64,000 nt of DNA, taken from assembly GCA_049997815.1 (NCBI GenBank), contig JBEKVQ010000001.1, forward strand, positions 20,642 to 84,641, read 5' to 3'. Below the pieces are notes generated by a model. It was not told where the DNA came from, ran no database searches, and was given only the letters and a program-made list of their open reading frames with translations. The stretch's first letter is position 1. Each line of letters starts with the position of its first letter. This document shows, one piece after another, positions 1 through 9,382 of this stretch. Source of the DNA: Minisyncoccia bacterium. GTDB lineage: Bacteria; Patescibacteriota; Minisyncoccia; UBA6257; GWB1-50-10. The position numbers and the translations under genes are program-made.

Positions 1-2
1 AG

Positions 3-1427
3 CAAGAGCGTGATGTGGAGAATGTGCTGGCTAAATATAACGTTGCCATAGTGCATGCCCTTACGCCCCGGGGTGGGCCGGAGAGCAATTCGCTCATACG
101 AAGCGATATCCCTTGGGAAGAAAAACTCAAGATTGTCTTGGCTTTTGAACCGACCATCTCCACGTCAGCTATTTCTCCAGAACAGCAAGGAATGTGGGCG
201 GGCATGGGTGTTCTGTTGAATGGTGGCTCGGTAGAAGTCGCATCGCCTTCCGATGCTGCCACTATAGCGGAGGGTAGTAAGCGTATAGTGACGCACAGTA
301 GCGCGACGTATGATTTTTCTGAAGGACACACGAAGCCAATCGAACAGCAATTGCAGGAAACGATCAGTTATCACCACGAGGGCGACTTTATGAATTACAA
401 CGAGGTAATTGTTAGTAATCCTGAAGTTGCCGGATTTTTCGCGAGGGTGAAGGAAGATAATTCGTTGGATGTTGGTGTGTCGGCCGAAGAGATTTTTCCC
501 GTCGTCGAAAAAATCCATATGCCAGTCTTCGCGGTAAAGAAGGGTGAGGTCTATAGGATCGACCCTTCTCTGCGGGAAGAGGTGGTTGGAAAAGAGGTTT
601 TTGGAATAAAAACATACAAGACGGTGTTAAAACTTGGCGAAAAGGTTATGCCTAGAGAGCTAGCTAGTCTACCAGGCGCTATAAGTAAAGAGCAGAAAGA
701 GCAATTCGCCAACGAGCTTATGGAAGATTCTCCGTTTCTGCTTACTATGGCTGAAGCAAGGCTCGCTGATTCGCGGAACGCCGGGCGGGAAACGTATATT
801 GGGGTTAATTTCGCCAAGCTTAATGAAGCTGAAAATGTTCCTACTGAGGTATATCAGTCGAGTGGCAAGTACGAAAGCCATCCTAAATTTGTAGGAAAAG
901 AAGTGAAGGTACTCGGAGAAGTAAAAAGTCCCGTTGCTACCTATCGTTCACTTTCAATTGACGGCCGTCTATTTACTCAATTAATAAAAAGAAAAACAGG
1001 GGAAGTGGTAACCTACGACCGAGTTTCGAGGGCTTTGGAAAGAGGCGATTTTTATATAAATACCGATTACGGACAAACATTTGGAGGGGCCAAAGAGAAG
1101 CCGATGAACTCAACCAATGCTTATCTTGAGAAAATGCATCGGATTTTCAATGGCTATCGGAAATTAATCGAGGAAGCAAAACGGGGCAGTCGAGAAGACA
1201 CGGTCGCATTCTATGAACATCGGCTTCGCGAGTCCGCGTTCCACTTGTATGGTTTTGCTGATGAAGCAAGTGAACATGGAGATATGAAGTCCAAGGAAGC
1301 CACAGACCGTTTGGCATTTGAAATTATGCCACGCGGGGAATATGAGGAAATCGTCAAGCGCCGTGTGGGTCCCAACGGAGAATTTCGAATTTCCAGAGAA
1401 GATCTGAGAAAGCTTAAGGGGTACTAA
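3..1427 (+). CDS. Hypothetical protein, probably 5'-truncated by the window edge
   Basis: Long ORF (>470 aa) whose frame is open back to position 3; no family recognised. Confidence 0.75.
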   Translation, partial: QERDVENVLAKYNVAIVHALTPRGGPESNSLIRSDIPWEEKLKIVLAFEPTISTSAISPEQQGMWAGMGVLLNGGSVEVASPSDAATIAEGSKRIVTHSSATYDFSEGHTKPIEQQLQETISYHHEGDFMNYNEVIVSNPEVAGFFARVKEDNSLDVGVSAEEIFPVVEKIHMPVFAVKKGEVYRIDPSLREEVVGKEVFGIKTYKTVLKLGEKVMPRELASLPGAISKEQKEQFANELMEDSPFLLTMAEARLADSRNAGRETYIGVNFAKLNEAENVPTEVYQSSGKYESHPKFVGKEVKVLGEVKSPVATYRSLSIDGRLFTQLIKRKTGEVVTYDRVSRALERGDFYINTDYGQTFGGAKEKPMNSTNAYLEKMHRIFNGYRKLIEEAKRGSREDTVAFYEHRLRESAFHLYGFADEASEHGDMKSKEATDRLAFEIMPRGEYEEIVKRRVGPNGEFRISREDLRKLKGY

Positions 1428-1499
1428 AAAGCCCCCATAAAGTAGGTAATATAAGGATTTTTGACTCTGTCCCTGCATTTTTGGTCGGCAGTTCAACTG

Positions 1500-1562
1500 T
1501 TGACTTTATCGCTATTATAGGTTATAATCAAACTGTTCTAAGATGTAGAACGCTCATTAAAA
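1500..1562 (+). promoter_or_regulatory. Sigma70 promoter followed by a hairpin and a boxA-like motif
   Basis: TTGACT (1500-1505), 17 nt, TATAAT (1523-1528); GTTCTA/TAGAAC hairpin 1535-1551; CGCTCATTAAAA 1551-1562. Confidence 0.7.
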
Positions 1563-1702
1563 AAGTAGGGAAAGCTGGCATTTAAGATCGAACAGAAAGA
1601 TCTCTCTATCCAATGTCCGCTCCCGATTCCCATTCCATAAACTCGGCCGAACAGAAAGGCCGGCAAATTCGCGCCGAACACAAGGTGCGGAAGGAGAATG
1701 TC

Positions 1703-2596
1703 ATGAAGAATCAAATCAATACCAGATCGTTGCTATCCCCAAGGGTAGCGTCGAAAACGATATTTTTCGTGTTTTCCGTGTTGTGTATAATTATCTCGTT
1801 GTATTTGGATATCATTCCGTATGAAAGATTTCTTCTTTTCGATTCGGCACTGGTGTTAGCACCGGTGATAGGAATGATCGGAATCATTTATGTTTCTATT
1901 TGGTTGGAGCGAACGGGAGATATATTTGGATTGGGATTCGGTTTCCACCCATCACCTAAGCTTTTATTTGGAGACCTTTTCAAGGGTGCCCAGGAAGAAC
2001 GGGAAAGAATCAACCCTTTCGTCCAGCAGGAATTAATCCGCGCGGCGGAGAGAATTCTTGAGAAAGATATAGAGTTGAAAAAGTTGCTCGCAATGAAGAG
2101 AACAGAAGAAAACAAGGCAGCGATAGATGGTTGTCGGCGGTGGATTAGTAATCTTCTGGAAAGATTCTATCAACTGAGAGATTGTGCCAGAGCGTATAGT
2201 TTCTGGGTGTACAAAAGCTGGAAACCGTACGTGGCCTTCAGCTCGGTACCGAGGATGTTGGAGCAGCGGAAGAGAGACAAGGAACAGCGTGAGGCAGAAC
2301 AGTATAGACTAACTTGCTTCCGTAGGACTCATCTTCGCGTAGAAGGACGGGCGCCTTTCGAGGGACGCTTGTACAGTCTAGTGTCCGTCGACGGGGGAAG
2401 AAATTGGTTCTTGGCAGAGGAGAATGGGACGGGTGTGGAGATCCTTGGGACGTCTTATCACCTAGGTTCAGAGGTTTTCGACAAGCTCTTTTCGGAGAGC
2501 AGGTTGTTGAAGTATATACAAGCCAGTGGACCCATCAACCAAGCCGATTCAGCGGTGGTACAAATGCTCACTGATGCTGGCTTGCTGGGGGGTTGA
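1703..2596 (+). CDS. Hypothetical membrane protein (two N-terminal TM segments)
   Basis: ORF 1613..2596; start moved to ATG 1703, which follows AAGGAG; two hydrophobic stretches. Confidence 0.75.
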   Translation: MKNQINTRSLLSPRVASKTIFFVFSVLCIIISLYLDIIPYERFLLFDSALVLAPVIGMIGIIYVSIWLERTGDIFGLGFGFHPSPKLLFGDLFKGAQEERERINPFVQQELIRAAERILEKDIELKKLLAMKRTEENKAAIDGCRRWISNLLERFYQLRDCARAYSFWVYKSWKPYVAFSSVPRMLEQRKRDKEQREAEQYRLTCFRRTHLRVEGRAPFEGRLYSLVSVDGGRNWFLAEENGTGVEILGTSYHLGSEVFDKLFSESRLLKYIQASGPINQADSAVVQMLTDAGLLGG

Positions 2597-2626
2597 TTTG
2601 AGATGAGGGAAGCAGTCATTATTGGG

Positions 2627-2660
2627 AGCCATTCGAGAAATTCGAATGGCTTTTTTATTT
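2627..2660 (+). terminator. Intrinsic terminator
   Basis: AGCCATTCGA/TCGAATGGCT stem followed by a T-run. Confidence 0.75.
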
Positions 2661-2694
2661 GACAAGCCCGTCCGCCGGGCTTATTTTGTTAGTA

Positions 2695-3198
2695 ATGAAC
2701 CTGTTTTTCAACACTTCATATGGTTTGAAGATAGAAGCGAACGAAGTCGTCCGCGAGATTTTGGGATTTATAAAAGCTAAACCGAGTTCTCAGTATAAGG
2801 TTATTATCGGAAGCGACTCACTTCATTTGCAAGATAATGGTGCGGACTTCGTGACCGCAATTGTGGTGCATCGCGTGGGAAACGGCGGAAGATATTTCTG
2901 GCGACGGCTAGCTTTGGGTAAGTTCTATAACCTCCATGACAGAATCATTCAGGAGGTAATGCTCTCCATCGATACTGCGAAGGCGATTCTGACCGATCTG
3001 GAGAAAGCGACCAAGGAACATGAAGTAAGCGGCATGAAATTGAACTGGGATTTTGAGATTCACGTGGACGTGGGCGAGAACGGCCCGACCAAAAACCTCA
3101 TTCAGGAGGTGGTGGGAATGGTGCGGGCGCACAATTTTGAGGCCAAGACCAAGCCCGACAGCTATGCGGCATCGAAGGTGGCGGATAGGTACGTCTAA
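2695..3198 (+). CDS. RNase H-like YkuK/DUF458 family protein
   Basis: IIGSDS, AIVVHRVGNGGRYF, EIHVDVG and SYAASKVADR motifs. Confidence 0.85.
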   Translation: MNLFFNTSYGLKIEANEVVREILGFIKAKPSSQYKVIIGSDSLHLQDNGADFVTAIVVHRVGNGGRYFWRRLALGKFYNLHDRIIQEVMLSIDTAKAILTDLEKATKEHEVSGMKLNWDFEIHVDVGENGPTKNLIQEVVGMVRAHNFEAKTKPDSYAASKVADRYV

Positions 3199-3342
3199 TT
3201 CGCCCATATTTTCTCGGTACCAGATGTCGCTTGGCTCCAGCGGCCAAGCGCATCCTACGCTCTCACGCCATCGTCCGCCGAAGGCGGAACCAAGCCGACG
3301 GTGTTCCGAGAGTTGCCTCGAAAACATAAGCGAATTAGACGT
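3191..3342. repeat. ~150-bp structured element bounded by inverted repeats (MITE/REP-like)
   Basis: ACGTCTAATTCGC (3191-3203) is the exact reverse complement of 3330-3342; internal hairpins such as CCGCCGAAGGCGG. Confidence 0.6.
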
Positions 3343-3380
3343 TACATTTTTTTGTGGTAAGATAAGTTTCATTCAATAAA

Positions 3381-3947
3381 ATGGATAAGATTGTTTTGGA
3401 TATCGAGACGAAGAATTTCTTTGACGACGTGGGCGGGCGCGATAACATCGGGAAGATAGATATCTCGGTGGTGGGCGTTTATTCCTTCGGCCAGGATAAG
3501 TACATCGCCTTTGACGAGAATGAGATGGACAAATTGGGTGAACTCCTCAAAAAGACCCACCTTATCATCACCTTTGCGGGCGCGCGTTTCGATTTACCGG
3601 TCCTCGAGAAATATTTCAGCTTCAACATCAATTCCATTGAGCATTTTGATATTTTGGAGGCGATAGAGAAAAATCTCGGGCGGAGGATAAGTTTGGGGAT
3701 CTTGGCTGAAGCGAATGTGGGTGCGGGTAAGTCCGGCTACGGCGGTGAAGCCATTGAGATGTACAAGCGGGGCGAGATCCAGAAGCTCAAGGACTATTGT
3801 TTGCAGGATGTGAAGATAACGAAAGACATCTTTGACCTCATTAAAAAGCAGGGGTATTTATGGATTCCCGAGCGCTACTCTTCCCGAATGACGAAACTGG
3901 CGATAGAATATAAGGAAGAGGTATCGCCCCAGAACCAACTAATTTAA
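3381..3947 (+). CDS. DEDD/RNase H-like 3'-5' exonuclease-domain protein (YprB-like)
   Basis: VLDIET, RFDLP and YCLQDV motifs. Confidence 0.85.
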   Translation: MDKIVLDIETKNFFDDVGGRDNIGKIDISVVGVYSFGQDKYIAFDENEMDKLGELLKKTHLIITFAGARFDLPVLEKYFSFNINSIEHFDILEAIEKNLGRRISLGILAEANVGAGKSGYGGEAIEMYKRGEIQKLKDYCLQDVKITKDIFDLIKKQGYLWIPERYSSRMTKLAIEYKEEVSPQNQLI

Positions 3948-3951
3948 CCAA

Positions 3952-4269
3952 ATGGGCAGTTTCAAAAATAACAGAGTTGTTCTTGCGGTCTTTGCCATTC
4001 TGATGGCGGTGGGTCTTATGGCGGCCTATATTCCGATGCTCTTCCCGCCGAGCGGGAGCCAGAATCTTCCGCCTGACAATGCGCCCGCGGCGGACAATAA
4101 TTATTCGGCCCAGTTGCCCCAGAATCCGGCGCCGGTAGCAACGACAACCGTCACAAGTACTCTTCCCGCGAAAGTCCTGCCTGCGCAGGCAGGCTCTCTG
4201 CCGGATAGCTTCTCGGGAATTCAAGATGAGCAGAAATCGCTGGATGACATAAATAATCTTTTGAAGTGA
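3952..4269 (+). CDS. Small membrane-anchored hypothetical protein
   Basis: N-terminal hydrophobic helix, P/T-rich linker; starts 4 nt after the upstream gene. Confidence 0.7.
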   Translation: MGSFKNNRVVLAVFAILMAVGLMAAYIPMLFPPSGSQNLPPDNAPAADNNYSAQLPQNPAPVATTTVTSTLPAKVLPAQAGSLPDSFSGIQDEQKSLDDINNLLK

Positions 4270-4286
4270 GTTTTTGAGAGAAAATT

Positions 4287-4318
4287 ATCCCGCCAGTCCA
4301 TGGACTGGCGGGATTTTT
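4287..4318 (+). terminator. Perfect 28-bp palindrome, probable terminator or REP
   Basis: ATCCCGCCAGTCCATGGACTGGCGGGAT followed by TTTT. Confidence 0.6.
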
Positions 4319-4358
4319 ACTGGCGTTTCTCACGATTTTAGCGTACAGTTAGATTCTA

Positions 4359-5579
4359 ATGCGCGACAAAATCGTTGAAAATTTGATAAATAAGGAGACC
4401 AGGCGGCAGGCGAATACCCTGGACCTGATTGCCTCCGAAAACTACGTTTCTAGCGACGTTTTGAGGGCCTTGGGCTCGGTTTTTACCAATAAATACGCGG
4501 AAGGATATGCCCACGCCCGCTATTATGCCGGAAACGACGTGGTGGACGAACTGGAAGACCTGACTAAGATTCGCGCCCTCAAACTCTTCAAACTTTCCCC
4601 GAAGGAATGGTCCGTGAACATTCAGCCCTACTCCGGTTCTCCCGCCAATCTCGCGGTCTATCTGGCCCTCGTCCCGATAGGAGAAAAAATAATGGGCTTG
4701 CGTTTGGATATGGGCGGGCATCTCACGCATGGACATAAGGTGAGTGCAACCGGGAAACTATGGAAAATAATTCCCTACGCGGTTAATAAAGGTAGCGGAC
4801 AGTTGGATTACGGCGAGGTATCCGGGCTCGCAAAGAAAGAAAGGCCCAAACTTATCATCGCCGGATACAGCGCCTACTCCCGTTCCATCGATTTCAAAAA
4901 ATTCCAGCGCATCGCGAAGTCCTCGGGAGCGATTTTCATGGTGGATATGTCTCATTTTGCCGGGCTCGTGGCGGCCGGCGCCTATCCCTCGCCCTTTGAT
5001 TCGGCCGACGTTGTAACGACCACGATGCACAAGACGCTCCGCGGTCCTCGGGCGGCTCTTATATTCTCAAGAAAGAAGTATTCCGAAGCGATAGACAAGT
5101 CCGTTTTTCCCGGACTTCAGGGGGGTCCGCATGCGAATCAAATCGCGGCAACGGCAGTAGCTTTGAAGGAAGCGAGCGAGGGAGCTTTCAGGAAATATGC
5201 GAGGCAAGTCGTGAAGAATGCGAAGGCGCTCGCGGAGACGCTCAAGAAAAATCACTGGAAGGTCATCTCAGGTGGAACCGATTCCCATCTTTTCCTCGTG
5301 GATACCTGGGCGCGCGGATTGAGTGGGCAGGAGGCCTGCGAACTTTTGGAGGAAGTAGGAATTGTCGCGAACAAAAATACTATTCCCTTCGATACGCGCA
5401 CGCCGATGAGTCCCTCCGGCATCCGGCTGGGCACTCCGGCCATCACGACCCGCGGACTGAAAGAACGGGACGTAAAAACCCTCGGTCGACTTATATCCGA
5501 GGTCCTTATGAAGGAAGGCAAAACCGATGTTATTAAGAAAGAAGTGGCCAGGATCTGCAAAAAGTTCCCAATACACTAG
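4359..5579 (+). CDS. glyA: Serine hydroxymethyltransferase
   Basis: LIASEN, NKYAEGY, GGHLTHG, TTTMHKTLRGPR, FPGLQGGP motifs. Confidence 0.97.
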   Translation: MRDKIVENLINKETRRQANTLDLIASENYVSSDVLRALGSVFTNKYAEGYAHARYYAGNDVVDELEDLTKIRALKLFKLSPKEWSVNIQPYSGSPANLAVYLALVPIGEKIMGLRLDMGGHLTHGHKVSATGKLWKIIPYAVNKGSGQLDYGEVSGLAKKERPKLIIAGYSAYSRSIDFKKFQRIAKSSGAIFMVDMSHFAGLVAAGAYPSPFDSADVVTTTMHKTLRGPRAALIFSRKKYSEAIDKSVFPGLQGGPHANQIAATAVALKEASEGAFRKYARQVVKNAKALAETLKKNHWKVISGGTDSHLFLVDTWARGLSGQEACELLEEVGIVANKNTIPFDTRTPMSPSGIRLGTPAITTRGLKERDVKTLGRLISEVLMKEGKTDVIKKEVARICKKFPIH

Positions 5580-5584
5580 CGTTC

Positions 5585-5613
5585 TTGACGCGTTTTTACG
5601 GCATTGCTAGCAT
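5585..5613 (+). promoter_or_regulatory. Sigma70 promoter of the attenuated unit
   Basis: TTGACG (5585-5590), 17 nt, TGcTAGCAT extended -10 (5605-5613). Confidence 0.6.
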
Positions 5614-5623
5614 TTAATTAGAT

Positions 5624-5701
5624 ATGAAATTCAGTTCCCGCAACAACTTCTTTTTTGGATTCTTCTTTACCTCCCCCGAGGAAGGGATTTTTCTTGATTG
5701 A
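5624..5701 (+). CDS. Phe-rich leader peptide MKFSSRNNFFFGFFFTSPEEGIFLD (pheL-like)
   Basis: 25 codons, 8 Phe, FFFGFFFT core; overlaps the antiterminator arm. Confidence 0.75.
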   Translation: MKFSSRNNFFFGFFFTSPEEGIFLD

Positions 5702-5753
5702 ATAGGATGGACGCCAAGAAAAACCTCTTCCTCGGAAGAGGTTTTTCGTTCTT
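5676..5753 (+). promoter_or_regulatory. Transcription attenuator (mutually exclusive antiterminator and terminator)
   Basis: 5676-5696 pairs with 5715-5735; 5718-5730 pairs with 5735-5747 and runs into a U-rich tract. Confidence 0.75.
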
Positions 5754-5815
5754 CCGGGGAAATGCAACTTGAAAAATCAATCATCACAGTCAACCCACTT
5801 ACCATAGGAGGAGAT

Positions 5816-5968
5816 ATGAAATCCAAAACATCGAGATTCTCGTCGAAATCACTGAAGAGAGAGAAGAAGGCTGCTCTCAGTAAACGTCAGCCGAAAAAGC
5901 AGGCGAGCTGCGCCCGAGTGGCAGATGGATTGCCGACACATCGCCGGTTATGGGGATATGCCATATAA
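5816..5968 (+). CDS. Small basic hypothetical protein (50 aa)
   Basis: AGGAGG ribosome-binding site before ATG 5816; followed by a terminator. Confidence 0.65.
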   Translation: MKSKTSRFSSKSLKREKKAALSKRQPKKQASCARVADGLPTHRRLWGYAI

Positions 5969-5991
5969 CACTTATCCCTGTTTGGTTCATC

Positions 5992-6027
5992 AAGGCCTTC
6001 GTTTGAACAACGAGGGTCTTTTATTTG
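5992..6027 (+). terminator. Intrinsic terminator
   Basis: AAGGCCTTCGTT/AACGAGGGTCTT stem followed by TTATTT. Confidence 0.6.
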
Positions 6028-6064
6028 TGTTTGACGGGTATGGTTGGTTATACTGGGTATTGAA

Positions 6065-6880
6065 ATGGTCATAGACGGTAGGAAAATCGCCTCGGATATA
6101 TTGGAAAACCTGAAAAAACAGGGTGCACCCAAAGTGTTCTTGGCGGCATTTCTAGTCGGGAACGACCCGAACTCGGAGAGCTTTTTGAAGCAGAAAGAAA
6201 AATTCGCGAAGGAGCTGGGCGTGGATTTCCGGCTCTATAAATTTCCGGAAGAAATAACGCAGGACGAGTTGCGCAAGGAGATTTTGAAAATTGCCGAATA
6301 CAAGACCTGCGGCGGCGCTATCGTTCAGCTTCCGCTGCCGGCGCATATCAGCCAGCAGTACGTTTTGAATGCCATTCCGCGCGAAAAAGACACGGACGTT
6401 CTGGGCGAACGGGCGCTCGGCGCTTTCTATGCCGGCCGGAACCCGGTTTTGCCCCCGGCTGTCGGCGTGGTGGAAGAAATATTGAAAGTTTTGAATGTGG
6501 AATTAAAAATCAAAAGTGTTGCGGTTATTGGGAGAGGCGTATTGGTAGGAAAGCCGGTTGCCGTCTGGCTTATGGATAGGGCGGCCGAGCTCTCCGTTTT
6601 TACGAGCAAGACCGGAGATACGAAAGATAAGCTCAAGACCGCGGATATAATCGTATCCGGCGTCGGAAAGGCAAGCCTCTTCGGCGCGGAAGATGTTAAA
6701 AACGAGGCAATTGTCATCGATTTCGGGTATGACAAGAAAGACGATAAATTCTGCGGCGATTTTGATGCGGCAAATGTCCCGGATTCGGTCAATTACACTC
6801 CCACCCCGGGCGGTACCGGCCCGATTTTGGTGGCCAAGCTACTCGAGAATTTCTTCAAGCTGAACGGCTTGCAAAAGTAA
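6065..6880 (+). CDS. folD: Bifunctional methylene-THF dehydrogenase/cyclohydrolase
   Basis: IDGRKIA, IVQLPLP, EKDTD, VGKP, TPTPGGTGP motifs. Confidence 0.93.
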   Translation: MVIDGRKIASDILENLKKQGAPKVFLAAFLVGNDPNSESFLKQKEKFAKELGVDFRLYKFPEEITQDELRKEILKIAEYKTCGGAIVQLPLPAHISQQYVLNAIPREKDTDVLGERALGAFYAGRNPVLPPAVGVVEEILKVLNVELKIKSVAVIGRGVLVGKPVAVWLMDRAAELSVFTSKTGDTKDKLKTADIIVSGVGKASLFGAEDVKNEAIVIDFGYDKKDDKFCGDFDAANVPDSVNYTPTPGGTGPILVAKLLENFFKLNGLQK

Positions 6881-6997
6881 GTTCTCGGCATTAATCTCCA
6901 GATAGCAATTCGCCCTCTATGGTTAGCTCAATTATCCAGTTTTGAGCGACTGCCGGAGGAATTTACAAAGCAACAAATAAAGAAAGAGAGGAACGCT

Positions 6998-7633
6998 ATG
7001 TCTGGCATAGTGCAACTTGGCAGGTCCCAATCGGACCAATTCTGTCTCGCGCTCGAGAAACAGGGCTTAAATCGCGAAATAGCCGATAAGATTATTGGCA
7101 ATGAACGATTGGCCGCAATCCAAGCAATAGCCCCGCTTTGCCCCAGAGTTATAGAGGGGGCGCTTGCTATAGAGGTGCCGAATGGGCTGCATCTGAGGGG
7201 GATAAAAGAAGTGTTCGAGAGAAAAACCCACGAAAGCGTGAAAATCATCAGCCACCTTAATGCGGACGAAACAAAGAGTCTTCTTGAGGACGAGACGACT
7301 GAATATGGTGTGTATAACACCGTGGACTTGATTATTATGGTTCGCAAAGCAAAATTGGGAATGCTTGAATATCCCGTTAGGGTTGGCAAAGCCGGTGCAA
7401 TTGCGTTAAATGTTGCCACCGCTGCCTTTTTACTTCTTTCTCTCTCTTTGAAGGATGTGAATCTGGTTCGCTACGTATTTTCATGCCGATCAAATGAGAG
7501 ATTCACCTTCGAGAGATACGCAGGTGAAAGATTATTGATTCTTGGGGAGGTTGTAGAAAACAAATTTACACTCCCCTTCTGTGTTGGGAAAGAGTTTTTC
7601 TTCCCAACAAATTCTCCCATAAGCATGTATTAG
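6998..7633 (+). CDS. Hypothetical protein
   Basis: 211-aa ORF with a GAGG RBS, ending at a bidirectional terminator. Confidence 0.65.
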   Translation: MSGIVQLGRSQSDQFCLALEKQGLNREIADKIIGNERLAAIQAIAPLCPRVIEGALAIEVPNGLHLRGIKEVFERKTHESVKIISHLNADETKSLLEDETTEYGVYNTVDLIIMVRKAKLGMLEYPVRVGKAGAIALNVATAAFLLLSLSLKDVNLVRYVFSCRSNERFTFERYAGERLLILGEVVENKFTLPFCVGKEFFFPTNSPISMY

Positions 7634-7640
7634 AGAGACG

Positions 7641-7669
7641 AATCCCGAAGTCGGCATGACTTCGGGATT
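7641..7669. terminator. Bidirectional terminator between convergent genes
   Basis: AATCCCGAAGTC/GACTTCGGGATT 12-bp stem. Confidence 0.7.
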
Positions 7670-7671
7670 TC

Positions 7672-8712
7672 TTATTCTTCGTCCACCGGCGAGCTCGCTC
7701 CTATTACAATTTTCTTCTCTGCCGCCTCCTCCGTCTTTTTCTTAATGGCTTCCAATAATTTCTTGTCTTCTTTTAATTTCAGCCGGACGTTGTCAAAACC
7801 GACGCCCAGTTTTTCATCGCCGAACGAAAAGCTCGCGCCATTCTTCCTTACCACGCCGTACTTGATGGCCGTATTCATCACGTCCGCTTCGTAGGAGATT
7901 CCCTCGCCGAACATTATGTCGAATTCCGCTATCTTGAAAGGCGCCGCCACCTTATTTTTGACTATCTTCGCCTTCACGCGATTGCCGATGCTCTCCTCAC
8001 CTTTCTTCACCTGGGCGATGCGCCGGATGTCTATCCGGACGGAGGCGTAAAACTTGAGCGCCATTCCCCCGGTCGTCGTCTCCGGATTCCCGAAGACCAT
8101 GCCGATCTTCATTCTGGTCTGGTTTATGAAAATTATGATGGTGCCGGACTTGTCCGCAATGGCGGTGAGCTTGCGGAGCGCCTGGGACATAAGCCGGGCC
8201 TGAAGGCCCATGTGGGAAGCGCCCATTTCGCCCTCTATCTCCGCCTTCGGCGTGAGCGCGGCGACGGAGTCTATGACCACCACATCAATGATGCCGGAGC
8301 GCACCAAGCTCTCCAGAATGTTCAGCGCCTCCTCGCCGTTATCCGGCTGGGAGATTATCAGGTCCTTCACTTTTACCCCAATTCTTGCGGCATATTCCGG
8401 GTCCAGAGCGTGCTCGGCATCGATAAAGGCCGCTTTCCCGCCCCGTTTTTGGGCTTCTGCGACTGCGTGGAGCGCGAGCGTCGTCTTGCCGGAGCTCTCC
8501 GGGCCGAATATCTCGATGACGCGGCCCTTCGGCAATCCCCCGCCGAGCGCCAAGTCCAGCGAAAAAGAACCGGAGGGCACCACCGCCACTTTCGAATGGT
8601 GGTTTTCGCCCAACCTCATTATCGCTCCCTCGCCGAAGCGCGACTGGAGCGATTCGATGAGCGAATCCAGTTCCTCGCCGGGTTTTTCGTTAGTTTTTTT
8701 ATTGGGTGCCAT
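7672..8712 (-). CDS. recA: Recombinase A
   Basis: [37 protein letters not shown] motifs. Confidence 0.98.
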   Translation of the reverse strand: MAPNKKTNEKPGEELDSLIESLQSRFGEGAIMRLGENHHSKVAVVPSGSFSLDLALGGGLPKGRVIEIFGPESSGKTTLALHAVAEAQKRGGKAAFIDAEHALDPEYAARIGVKVKDLIISQPDNGEEALNILESLVRSGIIDVVVIDSVAALTPKAEIEGEMGASHMGLQARLMSQALRKLTAIADKSGTIIIFINQTRMKIGMVFGNPETTTGGMALKFYASVRIDIRRIAQVKKGEESIGNRVKAKIVKNKVAAPFKIAEFDIMFGEGISYEADVMNTAIKYGVVRKNGASFSFGDEKLGVGFDNVRLKLKEDKKLLEAIKKKTEEAAEKKIVIGASSPVDEE

Positions 8713-9382
8713 TGGTTTTATTTTCGGGTTTCGCCGGCTGGTAAAAGATTTGCTTGGTAATCGTATATGCCTTTCCCAGAAGTTTTTTAATTTGGAAGGT
8801 GACGTTATTAAAGCCCGACTGGAGCAGAATGTTCTTCTCGAAACTGCCGTCTTTTTGGGGATAGACCGCTTCGCCGTTAACCGTAAGTTCGTCGGATGGG
8901 TTCATTATACCATGGATAGTGAAGCTGGGATCCGAAGCGATTGTCGGGTTGGCGGTAAGGTTCGTAAGATTAAGCTCCGGCTGTCCGAAAAGTCCCGGTA
9001 AACGGATGGCGAGGTAGCCCAAAACGATAACGGCGATAACGGAAGCCACCACGATTTTCTTGTTGAGTTTCGGAATGGCGAAGCGATTGGGTGGAAGAAT
9101 GTCCTCTTCTCCAGACCGGCGGATTTCCTCGCGGTTCTTCAAAAATTCCTGCCAAAGTTTTTGTCCGTCCAGATTAAGGACCTCGGCAATTTTCAAGAGA
9201 TAGCCGTGGACGTACGGCGCGGGCGGAAGTTTGTCGAACCGCTCCTCCAAAATGAGTGCGAGCGCTCGCTCCGAGACCCCCGTGAGCTGGGAAAGTTTGT
9301 CTATCGTGAGCCCCTTCAATTTGAGGGATTCCAATATCAGATTGGTCAGGTTTTTATTCTCGTTCTCCATTTTCTTCTCCAT
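8699..9382 (-). CDS. RodZ-like protein: XRE HTH, TM segment, Ig-like domain
   Basis: N-terminal HTH with [11 protein letters not shown]; one TM; directly downstream of ftsK. Confidence 0.75.
   Translation of the reverse strand: MEKKMENENKNLTNLILESLKLKGLTIDKLSQLTGVSERALALILEERFDKLPPAPYVHGYLLKIAEVLNLDGQKLWQEFLKNREEIRRSGEEDILPPNRFAIPKLNKKIVVASVIAVIVLGYLAIRLPGLFGQPELNLTNLTANPTIASDPSFTIHGIMNPSDELTVNGEAVYPQKDGSFEKNILLQSGFNNVTFQIKKLLGKAYTITKQIFYQPAKPENKTNGTQ

Noticed and set aside
6998-7633. Second DGR target gene
   Set aside because: Its 3' end shows no nucleotide match to the TR; no other VR was found in the window by eye
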